Source of the DNA: Candidatus Micrarchaeota archaeon
Lineage (GTDB): Archaea > Micrarchaeota > Micrarchaeia > Micrarchaeales > Micrarchaeaceae
Reading direction: 5' to 3'
Length of the DNA: 64,000 nucleotides
Assembly: GCA_021791535.1 (NCBI GenBank)
Contig: JAJYWI010000008.1
Span: 614 to 64,613, forward strand
Below, piece after piece: positions 8,236 to 16,588 of this stretch. Positions within the stretch are counted from its first letter, which is position 1. Each line of letters opens with the position of its first letter. The notes beneath the pieces are model-generated. The model had not been told where the DNA came from. It did no database searches and worked only from the letters and a program-made list of their open reading frames with translations. The position numbers and the translations under genes were made by a program.

Positions 8236-9123
8236 ATGCTTGAGAGCGCTAAAGGGGGAATAAGGAGCGCATACCAGAGCGAGGAGTACGTGCTGATGCA
8301 GGCCGTCAACGCTTACCTCGAGACGAATAGGTCGCTCAACCTAGCTTACGAGAGGCTCAGCGAATGGTTCGGGATATACCTTCCTGAGGTCAAAATGGCC
8401 AGCCCTGAGACCCTGGCAAAGCTTGTCATGGCGGTGCAAAGCAGTGGCAAGGATGAGGCTGCAATAAATGAGGCTATAGGGGATGCCGGCCGCGCCGGCG
8501 AGATACACAATAAGCTGCTTTCGACCATAGGCAGGGCGATGGATGGCGAAGACAGCAGCGCGATATCGGAATTTGCGCAGATGACACTTGATATGTCTGA
8601 CTCGCTCAAGAGGCTAGATTCCTATATAAAGAAGGCATCAACTAGGGTAATGCCTAACACGACGTACTTGACAGACCATATGATAGCCGCTGAGCTGCTT
8701 AGCAGGGCAGGCTCTATGGAGAGGCTAGCCACGATGCCGGCCAGCACTGTGCAGCTTCTCGGAGCCGAGAAGGCGCTGTTCAAGCACATAAAGTTCGGAA
8801 GCAGGCCTCCGAAGTACGGCATACTGTTCAAGATACCGGAGATAACGAACGCGCCGCGTGAGATACGCGGCAGGATTGCAAGGGTATACGCTACAAAGAT
8901 ATGCATTGCGCTTAAGGCTGACCATTTCTCTAAGAACTTCATAGCCGAGAGGTTGAAGAAGGACCTGAACGAGAGCATAAAGAGGATAAGGGAGAAGCCG
9001 ATAAAGCCGAAGAATGAGGCGCCGGCAGAAGGCTTCAAGAGGCGGGGCTTCCAGCGGCGTATGGGGAGAAACAATCCCGCAGGCAAACGCGGATGGAGGC
9101 AGAATTTTAGGAGGAATCCTTGA
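8236..9123 (+). CDS. nop5: Nop56/58 (Nop5)-like C/D box RNP protein, NOSIC plus Nop domain only, basic RG-rich tail
   Basis: Nop-domain signature AELLSRAGSMERLATMPASTVQLLGAEKALFKH...PKYGILF. Start is uncertain (GTG 8194 or ATG 8236). TATA-like atatttatac lies near 8113. Confidence 0.75.
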   Translation: MLESAKGGIRSAYQSEEYVLMQAVNAYLETNRSLNLAYERLSEWFGIYLPEVKMASPETLAKLVMAVQSSGKDEAAINEAIGDAGRAGEIHNKLLSTIGRAMDGEDSSAISEFAQMTLDMSDSLKRLDSYIKKASTRVMPNTTYLTDHMIAAELLSRAGSMERLATMPASTVQLLGAEKALFKHIKFGSRPPKYGILFKIPEITNAPREIRGRIARVYATKICIALKADHFSKNFIAERLKKDLNESIKRIREKPIKPKNEAPAEGFKRRGFQRRMGRNNPAGKRGWRQNFRRNP

Positions 9124-9272
9124 TCTACAGCATAATCCTTCCAAGAGTCCGGACTGTGCCAATAACCTCTTGGAAAAGCCGGCTGACAACTTTTGAAAGA
9201 AAGTAAAATTCAAAGTAGAAAGTATTTAAATGCTTTCGATTCGCCTTAAATGCTATAATAAGGTGGAATTGC

Positions 9273-11261
9273 ATGCCTAATCAAGGTAACCCAGGCGCAC
9301 CGAAACCAGAGGTTCAGGTGCAGGTAGAGCAGAACATAGTCAACAATATCAACAACGTCAGGCCAAGCGTGCAGGCGCCTACGCAGAAGGACATGGCAGA
9401 CCCGATTCTTGCGGTTTATCACAGGTCTATGGAAGAGATAGAGAAAATGCCTGTGATAGAGAAGACCATGACGGTGTGCCCTGAGTGCAAGCTAATTATC
9501 AACGGGATAATCTACAAAGACGGCGACAACGTCATGATAAGGAAATACTGCCCAGAGCACCAGTGGACCATAGAGAAGTACTGGGAAGACTATGACATGT
9601 ACATGAAGATGAAGCGTTACAATTACTATGGAAGAGGGTTCGACAACCCTAACTACATAAGCGACACCAAGGGTGCGAACTGCCCGTTCGATTGCGGGAT
9701 GTGCGAGAGGCACAAGTCCCACACAGGCCTCGCCAACGTTGTGGTAACAAACAGGTGCCACCTCTCATGCTGGTACTGCTTCTTCTATGCCAAGGAAGGA
9801 GAGGCGATCTACGAGCCTAGCCTGGCTGAGCTTGACAAGATATTCAGGAACCTCAGGGCTCAGAAGCCGATACCAGCAAACGCGATACAGATAACCGGAG
9901 GCGAGCCAACTATGGCCCCGGACATAATAGGCATAATCCAGAAGGCCAAGGAGGCTGGCTTCGACCAGATACAGCTCAACACAACAGGAATAAACCTAGG
10001 GCTCAACCCAGACCTTGCGGTGAAGCTGAGGCACGCTGGTGTGAGCACGCTTTACATGAGCTTCGATGGCGTTAGCCCGAAAGCTAACCCTAAGAACCAT
10101 TGGGAGACGCCGCTGGCGCTTAAAGCCGCGAGGCGTGCAGGCATAGGCGTGGTGCTTGTGCCTACAGTGATAAGGACAATAAACGACCACGAACTCGGCG
10201 CTATGATAAACTTCGCGCTAAACAACTCGGATATTGTCAAGGCGATAAACTTCCAGCCGGTGTCGCTTGTCGGCAGGATGCCGTCAAGGCTGAGGGAGAA
10301 GCAGAGGATCACGATACCTGGAGCGATCAAGCTCATAGAGGAGCAGACAAACGGGGTCATAGGCAAGGATGCATGGTTCTCTGTGCCTTATGTCGGTGGC
10401 ATAAACAAGTTCATAGAGGCGCTTACAGGGGAGTACAAGTACGACCTTTCGATACACTTTGCTTGCGGCGCGGGCAGCTACCTGTTCATAGACACAGACA
10501 ACAAGATAGTACCACTGACAAAGTTCGTTGATGCGCAGGGGCTTCTTGAGCACCTGCAGCGCGCTGTGGACGAGATGCAGGGCAAGTCTAAGACAACGAG
10601 AAAGCTCATAGCGGTGAAGGCATTGCTTGGCCTGAACAGATACATAGACAAGCAGTACCAGCCTAAATCCGTCAACTTCTCCAAGCTGCTCCTATCCATA
10701 CTCACGAAGCACGACTTCGCGTCGATGGGCAAGCTGCAGATGAAGAGCATGTTCATAGGCATGATGCACTTCCAGGACGAATACACATATGACATACACA
10801 GAGTTGAGAAGTGCGACATACACTACGCGCAGCCGAACGGGGAGGTGATGCCTTTCTGCTCTTTCAACGTTTTCCCTGAGATGTACCGCGACAAGGTCCA
10901 GAGGCAATACAGCATGCCGGCCTTGGAGTGGGAAAAGACGCACCCGAACTGGGCGTACGCCAAGGACAAGTACACCAGGAATATAAAGGAGCTGGAGGCG
11001 AGCGAGGAGTACACAAACACGTACGGTAAGATTATAGACTACTTCGCATTGCCCGTGAATGGAGGCGGGGGCGTGGCGAACTTCGCGACTGCAAGGCCGA
11101 AGATTGCGCAGCAGGTCGTGGTCCAGAATGCGGCAGGCAAGACCTCAGAGGTGCCTGAGAGCACGGACACGAAGGATTCGTGCGGCTGCGGAGGCGGAGG
11201 GAGCTGCGGATGCGAAAGCAATGCCGAAGGCAGCGGAGGCTGCGGATGCGGCAACTGCTGA
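9273..11261 (+). CDS. Radical SAM enzyme, tetraether lipid synthase (Tes/GDGT-MAS)-like, with a Cys/Gly-rich C-terminal tail
   Basis: N-terminal rubredoxin-like CPECK...CPEH; radical SAM motif CHLSCWYC; GGEPT motif; C-terminal MMHFQDEYTYD...CDIHYAQPNGEVMPFCSFN block. SD-like aaggtgg precedes the ATG. The radical SAM call is firm. The Tes assignment is from memory of the family architecture. Confidence 0.6.
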   Translation: MPNQGNPGAPKPEVQVQVEQNIVNNINNVRPSVQAPTQKDMADPILAVYHRSMEEIEKMPVIEKTMTVCPECKLIINGIIYKDGDNVMIRKYCPEHQWTIEKYWEDYDMYMKMKRYNYYGRGFDNPNYISDTKGANCPFDCGMCERHKSHTGLANVVVTNRCHLSCWYCFFYAKEGEAIYEPSLAELDKIFRNLRAQKPIPANAIQITGGEPTMAPDIIGIIQKAKEAGFDQIQLNTTGINLGLNPDLAVKLRHAGVSTLYMSFDGVSPKANPKNHWETPLALKAARRAGIGVVLVPTVIRTINDHELGAMINFALNNSDIVKAINFQPVSLVGRMPSRLREKQRITIPGAIKLIEEQTNGVIGKDAWFSVPYVGGINKFIEALTGEYKYDLSIHFACGAGSYLFIDTDNKIVPLTKFVDAQGLLEHLQRAVDEMQGKSKTTRKLIAVKALLGLNRYIDKQYQPKSVNFSKLLLSILTKHDFASMGKLQMKSMFIGMMHFQDEYTYDIHRVEKCDIHYAQPNGEVMPFCSFNVFPEMYRDKVQRQYSMPALEWEKTHPNWAYAKDKYTRNIKELEASEEYTNTYGKIIDYFALPVNGGGGVANFATARPKIAQQVVVQNAAGKTSEVPESTDTKDSCGCGGGGSCGCESNAEGSGGCGCGNC

Positions 11262-11281
11262 TTTAGGCAAGGGGCTTTGCA

Positions 11282-11983
11282 ATGGATAGGCGCGACACAC
11301 CATCTATAAGCAAGTACAAAGAAGATCTGGAGCGAGAGCGACAGATGGGCAGCGTTGAGGACGACTACATTACGGACGAGCAGGGCAACAAGTACAGGAT
11401 GCCATACAGGATGGTTAAGGAGGTCGTTTTCTCAGGGCTTAGCCAGAAGGAGATGATCGACCCGCAACACGCAGCAAGGCTACAGTACAGGCTTTCGATA
11501 ATGGACCCGATAATAAAATGCTCGGTGAACTTCGCGAAAGCAAGGATAACGGTCATATACAATCCGAAAGGCGCAAGGAACAGGCGTGAGCAGATAAGCC
11601 AGCAGGAGCTGATCGGTGTGCTTGCGAATGAAGGCGTGCATGTCGACGCCGCGAAGATATCTGAGCGTGATTACGATTACGTGAAGGAGTTCTATTCGTA
11701 CGCTTACTTCTCACCGAAGATCAGGGAGCACCCGCCTTACGGATACACGAATGCGGAATGGGAGAAGATGAAGGGCAGCTGGGACGAGAAGATGCAGAAG
11801 ATGTCTGAGGAGAAGCTGGAGAAGTTCCACGAATGGCAGAAGGAATACGCGGCAAGCATCGCAGAGCAGGAGCACCCGTCGCCTGAGCAGAAGCTGACGC
11901 TAAAGGACAGGATACTCGGCAGGAAGAAGGGCCCGGCGGCCAAGAAGGGCGGGGAGAAAGGATTCTGGTTTCACGGGGTATGA
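11282..11983 (+). CDS. Hypothetical protein with an HMA-like ferredoxin-fold segment lacking CxxC
   Basis: IIKCSVNFAKARITVIYNP...LIGVLANEGVHV resembles the HMA-domain pattern without metal-binding cysteines. Charged helical C-terminus. Lies 20 nt downstream of the radical SAM gene. Confidence 0.55.
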   Translation: MDRRDTPSISKYKEDLERERQMGSVEDDYITDEQGNKYRMPYRMVKEVVFSGLSQKEMIDPQHAARLQYRLSIMDPIIKCSVNFAKARITVIYNPKGARNRREQISQQELIGVLANEGVHVDAAKISERDYDYVKEFYSYAYFSPKIREHPPYGYTNAEWEKMKGSWDEKMQKMSEEKLEKFHEWQKEYAASIAEQEHPSPEQKLTLKDRILGRKKGPAAKKGGEKGFWFHGV

Positions 11984-11988
11984 ATTGC

Positions 11989-12156
11989 ATGGAAACAAAG
12001 AAAAAAAGCCCTGGGCCGGGCGGTTTGCAGCTGCGGACCACAGAGATTGAGCTGCCAAACGGGCTTAGGCTTAATGCCTTATCGCTCGGCTCGCCTACAG
12101 AGCGGGACCTTGAATTGATAGAGGAATACTTTAAGAAGACAAAGCGAGCGGACTGA
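11989..12156 (+). CDS. Possible small ORF (55 aa), hypothetical
   Basis: ATG-to-TGA ORF that fills the gap between 11983 and pheT. Below the ORF-track cutoff. No motif recognised. Confidence 0.25.
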   Translation: METKKKSPGPGGLQLRTTEIELPNGLRLNALSLGSPTERDLELIEEYFKKTKRAD

Positions 12157-12160
12157 GCCG

Positions 12161-13801
12161 TCAGAGGTCATCCAAGGATATCTCTGCAGCGACTACCGGC
12201 TCCTCTATGCGGAAGTTGCTTATCGTTTCTGGATGGACTTCGCCGAAAAGCGCAGCCTGGCGCCCCTTCGACACAACTCTTGCGCACCTGCCTTGCATGA
12301 ACGCCGCGTCTCTGTGCTCCTCTATCCTGTAATCAGTCCCTGTCTGCTTGAATAGCGCTTCGACAGCGCTCTTTATCTCTGCGAAGTTCGCCTTCGAGTG
12401 CACGCTAACGAATGCAATCCCCTTCCCCTCTATCGGCTTGCCAGCCTTGACATGGAAGGTTTTGCCAACCTCGAAAAGCCTTTGCGGCATCGTGGCATTT
12501 GCTGAAGCTGCTATGTTCTGGAGCAGCCCTGGCAGCAGCGATTGCCTAAGCATGGTTATCGCGGACGTCTTCGAGTCGGCTATGCTCACGTAGCTTTCCT
12601 TCAGCGGCTTCCAACCCATCTTTGTGAAGCTCACCTCCTCGCTGGTGAGCAGGCTGTTTATCGCCTCGGTGTAGCCCAATCCAACCATCGTTAATGCGAT
12701 CCTGTTGTCACTGTCGGCAGAGTCGTTCGACATGCCAGATGACGTCCCGAGTATCGCTATTGGCTCTATGTTGTTGTACCCGTAGGCTATCGCTATGTCT
12801 TCGATTATGTCCTGCTCGTTGAGCACGTCCACCCTATATGGCGGCACGTAGAATAGTACGCTGGAACCGTATTTGGCGGCGGTATGCCCCATCCTGTTCG
12901 CTAACGATATGATGTTGTGCCTGCCTGTCGCTACGCCCAGCGTGCGTTCTGCCGTTGACATGCTGAGCTTAATCTCACGGTATTCAAGCGTTGGGGTTGC
13001 CTTCTTCGCTTTCCCGTATGCGATCTCTACAGGATATACATCGGCTCCGGAGTCGATGAATGAGCATGCAATCACCGCGGCTGCGTTGCCTAAAGCGACA
13101 TCTGATGTGCTCGTTATGTCTATGAACAGCTCTTTTGTGTTTTCGGTGACTTTCGTCTCCTCGCAATTCGTCACAGGTATCAGCGCGATCGTCTTGGAGT
13201 CGTCCTTGAGCAATGGGTATAGGTAGCTTTTCCCGAACGTCGGGACCGCATCCTGATATGTTATGCCTTTTATGTGCTCCTTCATCAGCTTGTCGAAACG
13301 CATCGGCTTGCCTAGACCCAGGGGCGTTATGCTGCCCGATCCCTCCGCGGTATATGTGAGGCTCCCGTTTATCGCAGCGATGCTGTGGACCCCAATGGCG
13401 AGCTTCTTCCTCTTCCTGCCATAGGTGTCGGAGAACTTTTCGGTGAAATTTATAAAGTACTTGAGCTTCTGTCCAGTAAGGTCTGCATTCTTGACCACGA
13501 TCCCCGCTATATAGGGGCGGACCTTTTTCACTGCGGCTTGCACCGTTATCGTCATTGCAGGCGCGTTACTTATCTTGTAGCGGTTGTCCTGCGGCTTTTT
13601 CTTTCCGGTAAAATTTGCTATCGCCCTGTGCATGCCGGTGAAGTCAAGCAGGTCAGGCCTGTTCGGGTCTATGTTTACCTTTATTTCCTGCTTTGTCGCT
13701 TCCTCTATCTCCACGCCCATGTCGGTTATCACATCTGTAAGCCCACGCTTCCCGCCATTTGCGGCCTGAAGGTCCTTCGTGTCGAAAGAGATTATCGCCA
13801 T
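12161..13801 (-). CDS. pheT: Phenylalanine--tRNA ligase beta subunit
   Basis: Archaeal-size beta subunit (546 aa) immediately downstream of pheS. B3/4 and B5-like regions are present. Confidence 0.9.
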   Translation of the reverse strand: MAIISFDTKDLQAANGGKRGLTDVITDMGVEIEEATKQEIKVNIDPNRPDLLDFTGMHRAIANFTGKKKPQDNRYKISNAPAMTITVQAAVKKVRPYIAGIVVKNADLTGQKLKYFINFTEKFSDTYGRKRKKLAIGVHSIAAINGSLTYTAEGSGSITPLGLGKPMRFDKLMKEHIKGITYQDAVPTFGKSYLYPLLKDDSKTIALIPVTNCEETKVTENTKELFIDITSTSDVALGNAAAVIACSFIDSGADVYPVEIAYGKAKKATPTLEYREIKLSMSTAERTLGVATGRHNIISLANRMGHTAAKYGSSVLFYVPPYRVDVLNEQDIIEDIAIAYGYNNIEPIAILGTSSGMSNDSADSDNRIALTMVGLGYTEAINSLLTSEEVSFTKMGWKPLKESYVSIADSKTSAITMLRQSLLPGLLQNIAASANATMPQRLFEVGKTFHVKAGKPIEGKGIAFVSVHSKANFAEIKSAVEALFKQTGTDYRIEEHRDAAFMQGRCARVVSKGRQAALFGEVHPETISNFRIEEPVVAAEISLDDL

Positions 13802-13804
13802 CGT

Positions 13805-15274
13805 TCACACCTTTATGCCTCCCCTTGACCTGAGCCAGGCGATGTCGTTCTTGTACAGCTCGGGAAGGGCGCCAACGCCGAATATCTTGTCGTTGAGCAG
13901 CAGCCTGTCGACTCCGCCTCCCCACGCAAGTACCGTTTTGTTCAGCCCCATAGCCTTCGTTATCTCCTTGCGGATTATGCCGCCGCCGCACAGCTCTATT
14001 ATGTCGTCCCGTTTTTCATCATAGTAGAAGAATCCGAGGCTTGGCTCTGTGAACGGGAAATATGATGGCGCAAGCTTTACGTCATCTAGCCCGAGCCGCG
14101 CATAGAAGCTCTTTAGCGTTTGTATGAGGTTGGCCATGGTGAGGTTGTCTCCGACTATTATGCCATCGTACTGGCGCAGCTCTGCGAGGTGCTTGTAATC
14201 CGTTGCCTCGTTCCTGAAGACCGAGCCTATAGAGAACAGCTTCGCGGGATAGCTAGATTCGGCCGCTTTGGCCAGCTTCTTCATGTACCTGGCAGAGACG
14301 CTGGTTGTGTGGGTCCTTAGCACAGGGCTCCTTGCAAGCTGCTCGCTCCAGCCCTCCTTCCAGCCCTCGAGGTGCATCTTCTTGACCCTGCCAATAAGCT
14401 CGACGTCATCAATGCTCAGCTGCTTCGGGTTTGAGAGATAGAAGGTGTCCTGCATCTCCCTCGTAGGGTGGTCCTGCGGGGAGAAGAGTGCATCGAAATT
14501 CCAGAATGCGCTTTCTATTATCGGACCCTCGACCTCTATGAAACCCATCTCGAACCATTTCTGCCTTATCCTGTTTGTGAACTCCCGCACCGGGTGCAGC
14601 CTTGCAGGGTATGCCGATTCTGTCTGGGCATTTACGTCGTATTCCCTGAATTTCTGTTTTCTCCACGATCCGCTGCTTATCATCTCCCTTGTCAGCTCCC
14701 CCACGCCTGCAGCTGGCGCCCCTGCATGCATGTCGATGCCGACCTTCGTTGGCGTTGCATCGGTTATGGCGGTGGCCTCCTTCACCTCTATGAGATTGCG
14801 CTTTATGAGTGTAGTCCATGCATCCTTCGCTTTCGCCATAACACTTGATGGGTCCTCTCCTTTTATCAAACTGCAGAGCGCCGACCTCTGCGCGTAGCCG
14901 GCGCCTGATGTTGCTTTCTTCCCTGCTTCGGTGAGCGTGACGCTGCCGCTATCCACTCTTATCCATCCGTTCCTCTTCGCCCAGCCAAGCGCTATCTGAT
15001 CATTTATGCTCGATATACGCATGCGACCGGCCGAGCTTATTCTTCTCACCAGTGCCTCCTCTGGGAATTCGTCCCTGTATCCGGAAGCCTCCTTTGTCAC
15101 CTTCGCTTCGATGATCCTCTCCCTTTTTACACTCACAGCCCCTTTCTCGGCAAGGGATTCCAGCGCCCAAACCAGCTTGTCTCTGCCCATTCCGGTTCCA
15201 CGTTCCATCTCATCCATAGATGCCTGGCCCCTCTTTGTTAGAAAATCAAGCAGCCTGGCCTCGTACTCATGCAA
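13805..15274 (-). CDS. pheS: Phenylalanine--tRNA ligase alpha subunit
   Basis: Class II motifs: FSPQDHPTREMQDTFY, FRNEATDYKHLAELRQYDG, GGGVDRLLL. N-terminal winged-helix repeats. Confidence 0.9.
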   Translation of the reverse strand: MHEYEARLLDFLTKRGQASMDEMERGTGMGRDKLVWALESLAEKGAVSVKRERIIEAKVTKEASGYRDEFPEEALVRRISSAGRMRISSINDQIALGWAKRNGWIRVDSGSVTLTEAGKKATSGAGYAQRSALCSLIKGEDPSSVMAKAKDAWTTLIKRNLIEVKEATAITDATPTKVGIDMHAGAPAAGVGELTREMISSGSWRKQKFREYDVNAQTESAYPARLHPVREFTNRIRQKWFEMGFIEVEGPIIESAFWNFDALFSPQDHPTREMQDTFYLSNPKQLSIDDVELIGRVKKMHLEGWKEGWSEQLARSPVLRTHTTSVSARYMKKLAKAAESSYPAKLFSIGSVFRNEATDYKHLAELRQYDGIIVGDNLTMANLIQTLKSFYARLGLDDVKLAPSYFPFTEPSLGFFYYDEKRDDIIELCGGGIIRKEITKAMGLNKTVLAWGGGVDRLLLNDKIFGVGALPELYKNDIAWLRSRGGIKV

Positions 15275-15278
15275 TAAA

Positions 15279-16046
15279 TCACTTCTCTATCTTGAGATAG
15301 GTGTAAAGGATGAAGAAAAGTACTATCAGGATTATTATCACGTAGGTGAAGAAGCCGAAGAAATTATATGCTGCGGTGAAGAAGCTTGACACCTCGCCCT
15401 GTATGCTCTGGTGCGTTGTGTATACGAGCAGGAACTTCGACAGCGGCTCCTGCGAGAACCACGACATTACCGTTACGTTCATGAAGCTGTTCGTCAGCAA
15501 ATCAGACGGCGAGTCAGGCAGCGGGTATACGCTTTTTATCTCCGTGCTGTTCGGCAGCACTATCGTGAAGGTGACGTTCGGGGGGAGTACCTCCCCGCTG
15601 ACCCCATGGGCGAAATTGAATACAGCGTCGTTGAACGTGTGCTGGAAAACTCTGGGCGCTATCTCATCGACGCTAGTCACGTTGTGCACGCCGTACGATA
15701 TTAGCACGTCGGCCTCTTGCTGCCCGGTTATGGATGTCGTGATAGGCCCGGGGAACAGCTCGAAGCCGTATACGCCGGTTTTTGGGTTGATTATGTGCTG
15801 GGTGAGCGCAGGCCCTATTATATCCTGCCAGTTGCTTAGCGTAAGGTTCAGCGCAGACCTGGCGGATTGGTATTGGCGTATGGATGCGTTTGTAATTACC
15901 ACAGTATACGTCTCTCTCACGTAGGCGCTTGTGTTGGCGTTCAGGGTAACCTGCGTGGTTACATGGGTGATGGTATACGATGCGCCTGAGATCTGCACGG
16001 CAAAGAGCGATAGCAGCACAGCGATTATAGCGAGACTGCGCATCAA
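15279..16046 (-). CDS. Secreted/surface protein, N-terminal signal peptide plus C-terminal TM anchor, many NxS/T sequons
   Basis: Hydrophobic N-terminus MMRSLAIIAVLLSLFAVQISGA. C-terminal hydrophobic stretch FFTYVIIILIVLFFILYTY. At least 7 N-glycosylation sequons. Confidence 0.6.
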   Translation of the reverse strand: MMRSLAIIAVLLSLFAVQISGASYTITHVTTQVTLNANTSAYVRETYTVVITNASIRQYQSARSALNLTLSNWQDIIGPALTQHIINPKTGVYGFELFPGPITTSITGQQEADVLISYGVHNVTSVDEIAPRVFQHTFNDAVFNFAHGVSGEVLPPNVTFTIVLPNSTEIKSVYPLPDSPSDLLTNSFMNVTVMSWFSQEPLSKFLLVYTTHQSIQGEVSSFFTAAYNFFGFFTYVIIILIVLFFILYTYLKIEK

Positions 16047-16171
16047 GCGTTCACCTGTCTTATTTTCTTAAGGAGGTATTTTAACCCTATGTGAATGGCC
16101 TCTGCGACGACGGAAGGCGGCCGCCAAATGTATTAAATACCTTTAGAACAGAATGAATCTTGCGTGATTCT

Positions 16172-16588
16172 ATGATGACAGCATTCGTAATATCGAAGGT
16201 AGAGGGCAGGCTTGAACCTGAGGCAGACCTGCGCAAACAGAGGTTCCCGAAGCTTGACTACAACATAAGCGACATATCAGTAAACGGCACAAAGATAAAA
16301 GTCAGCTACGAGTTCGCGGCGACATACTTTGACAGCGACGCGAAGACCGCTAAGAGCATAGGTGAGCTCAAGCTTGGAGGCTATGTCGAGATTGAGGATA
16401 CGAAGGAGGCAGTTGCGAGCGTATCCAAGAAATGGAATGACAGCCACATGCTGCCCCCCGAGCTCGCTGAAGAGGTGTTGAACAACCTTAATTTCAGGTG
16501 CGGCGCTACCGGTACGCTGATGGCTTATTCGCTTGGGCTTATTCCTCCATTGGTAATAACAAGGACGAAGATTGAGGAGAAGAAGTAG
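16172..16588 (+). CDS. Hypothetical protein
   Basis: ORF with protein-like composition directly upstream of polB, overlapping it. No motif recognised. Confidence 0.45.
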   Translation: MMTAFVISKVEGRLEPEADLRKQRFPKLDYNISDISVNGTKIKVSYEFAATYFDSDAKTAKSIGELKLGGYVEIEDTKEAVASVSKKWNDSHMLPPELAEEVLNNLNFRCGATGTLMAYSLGLIPPLVITRTKIEEKK

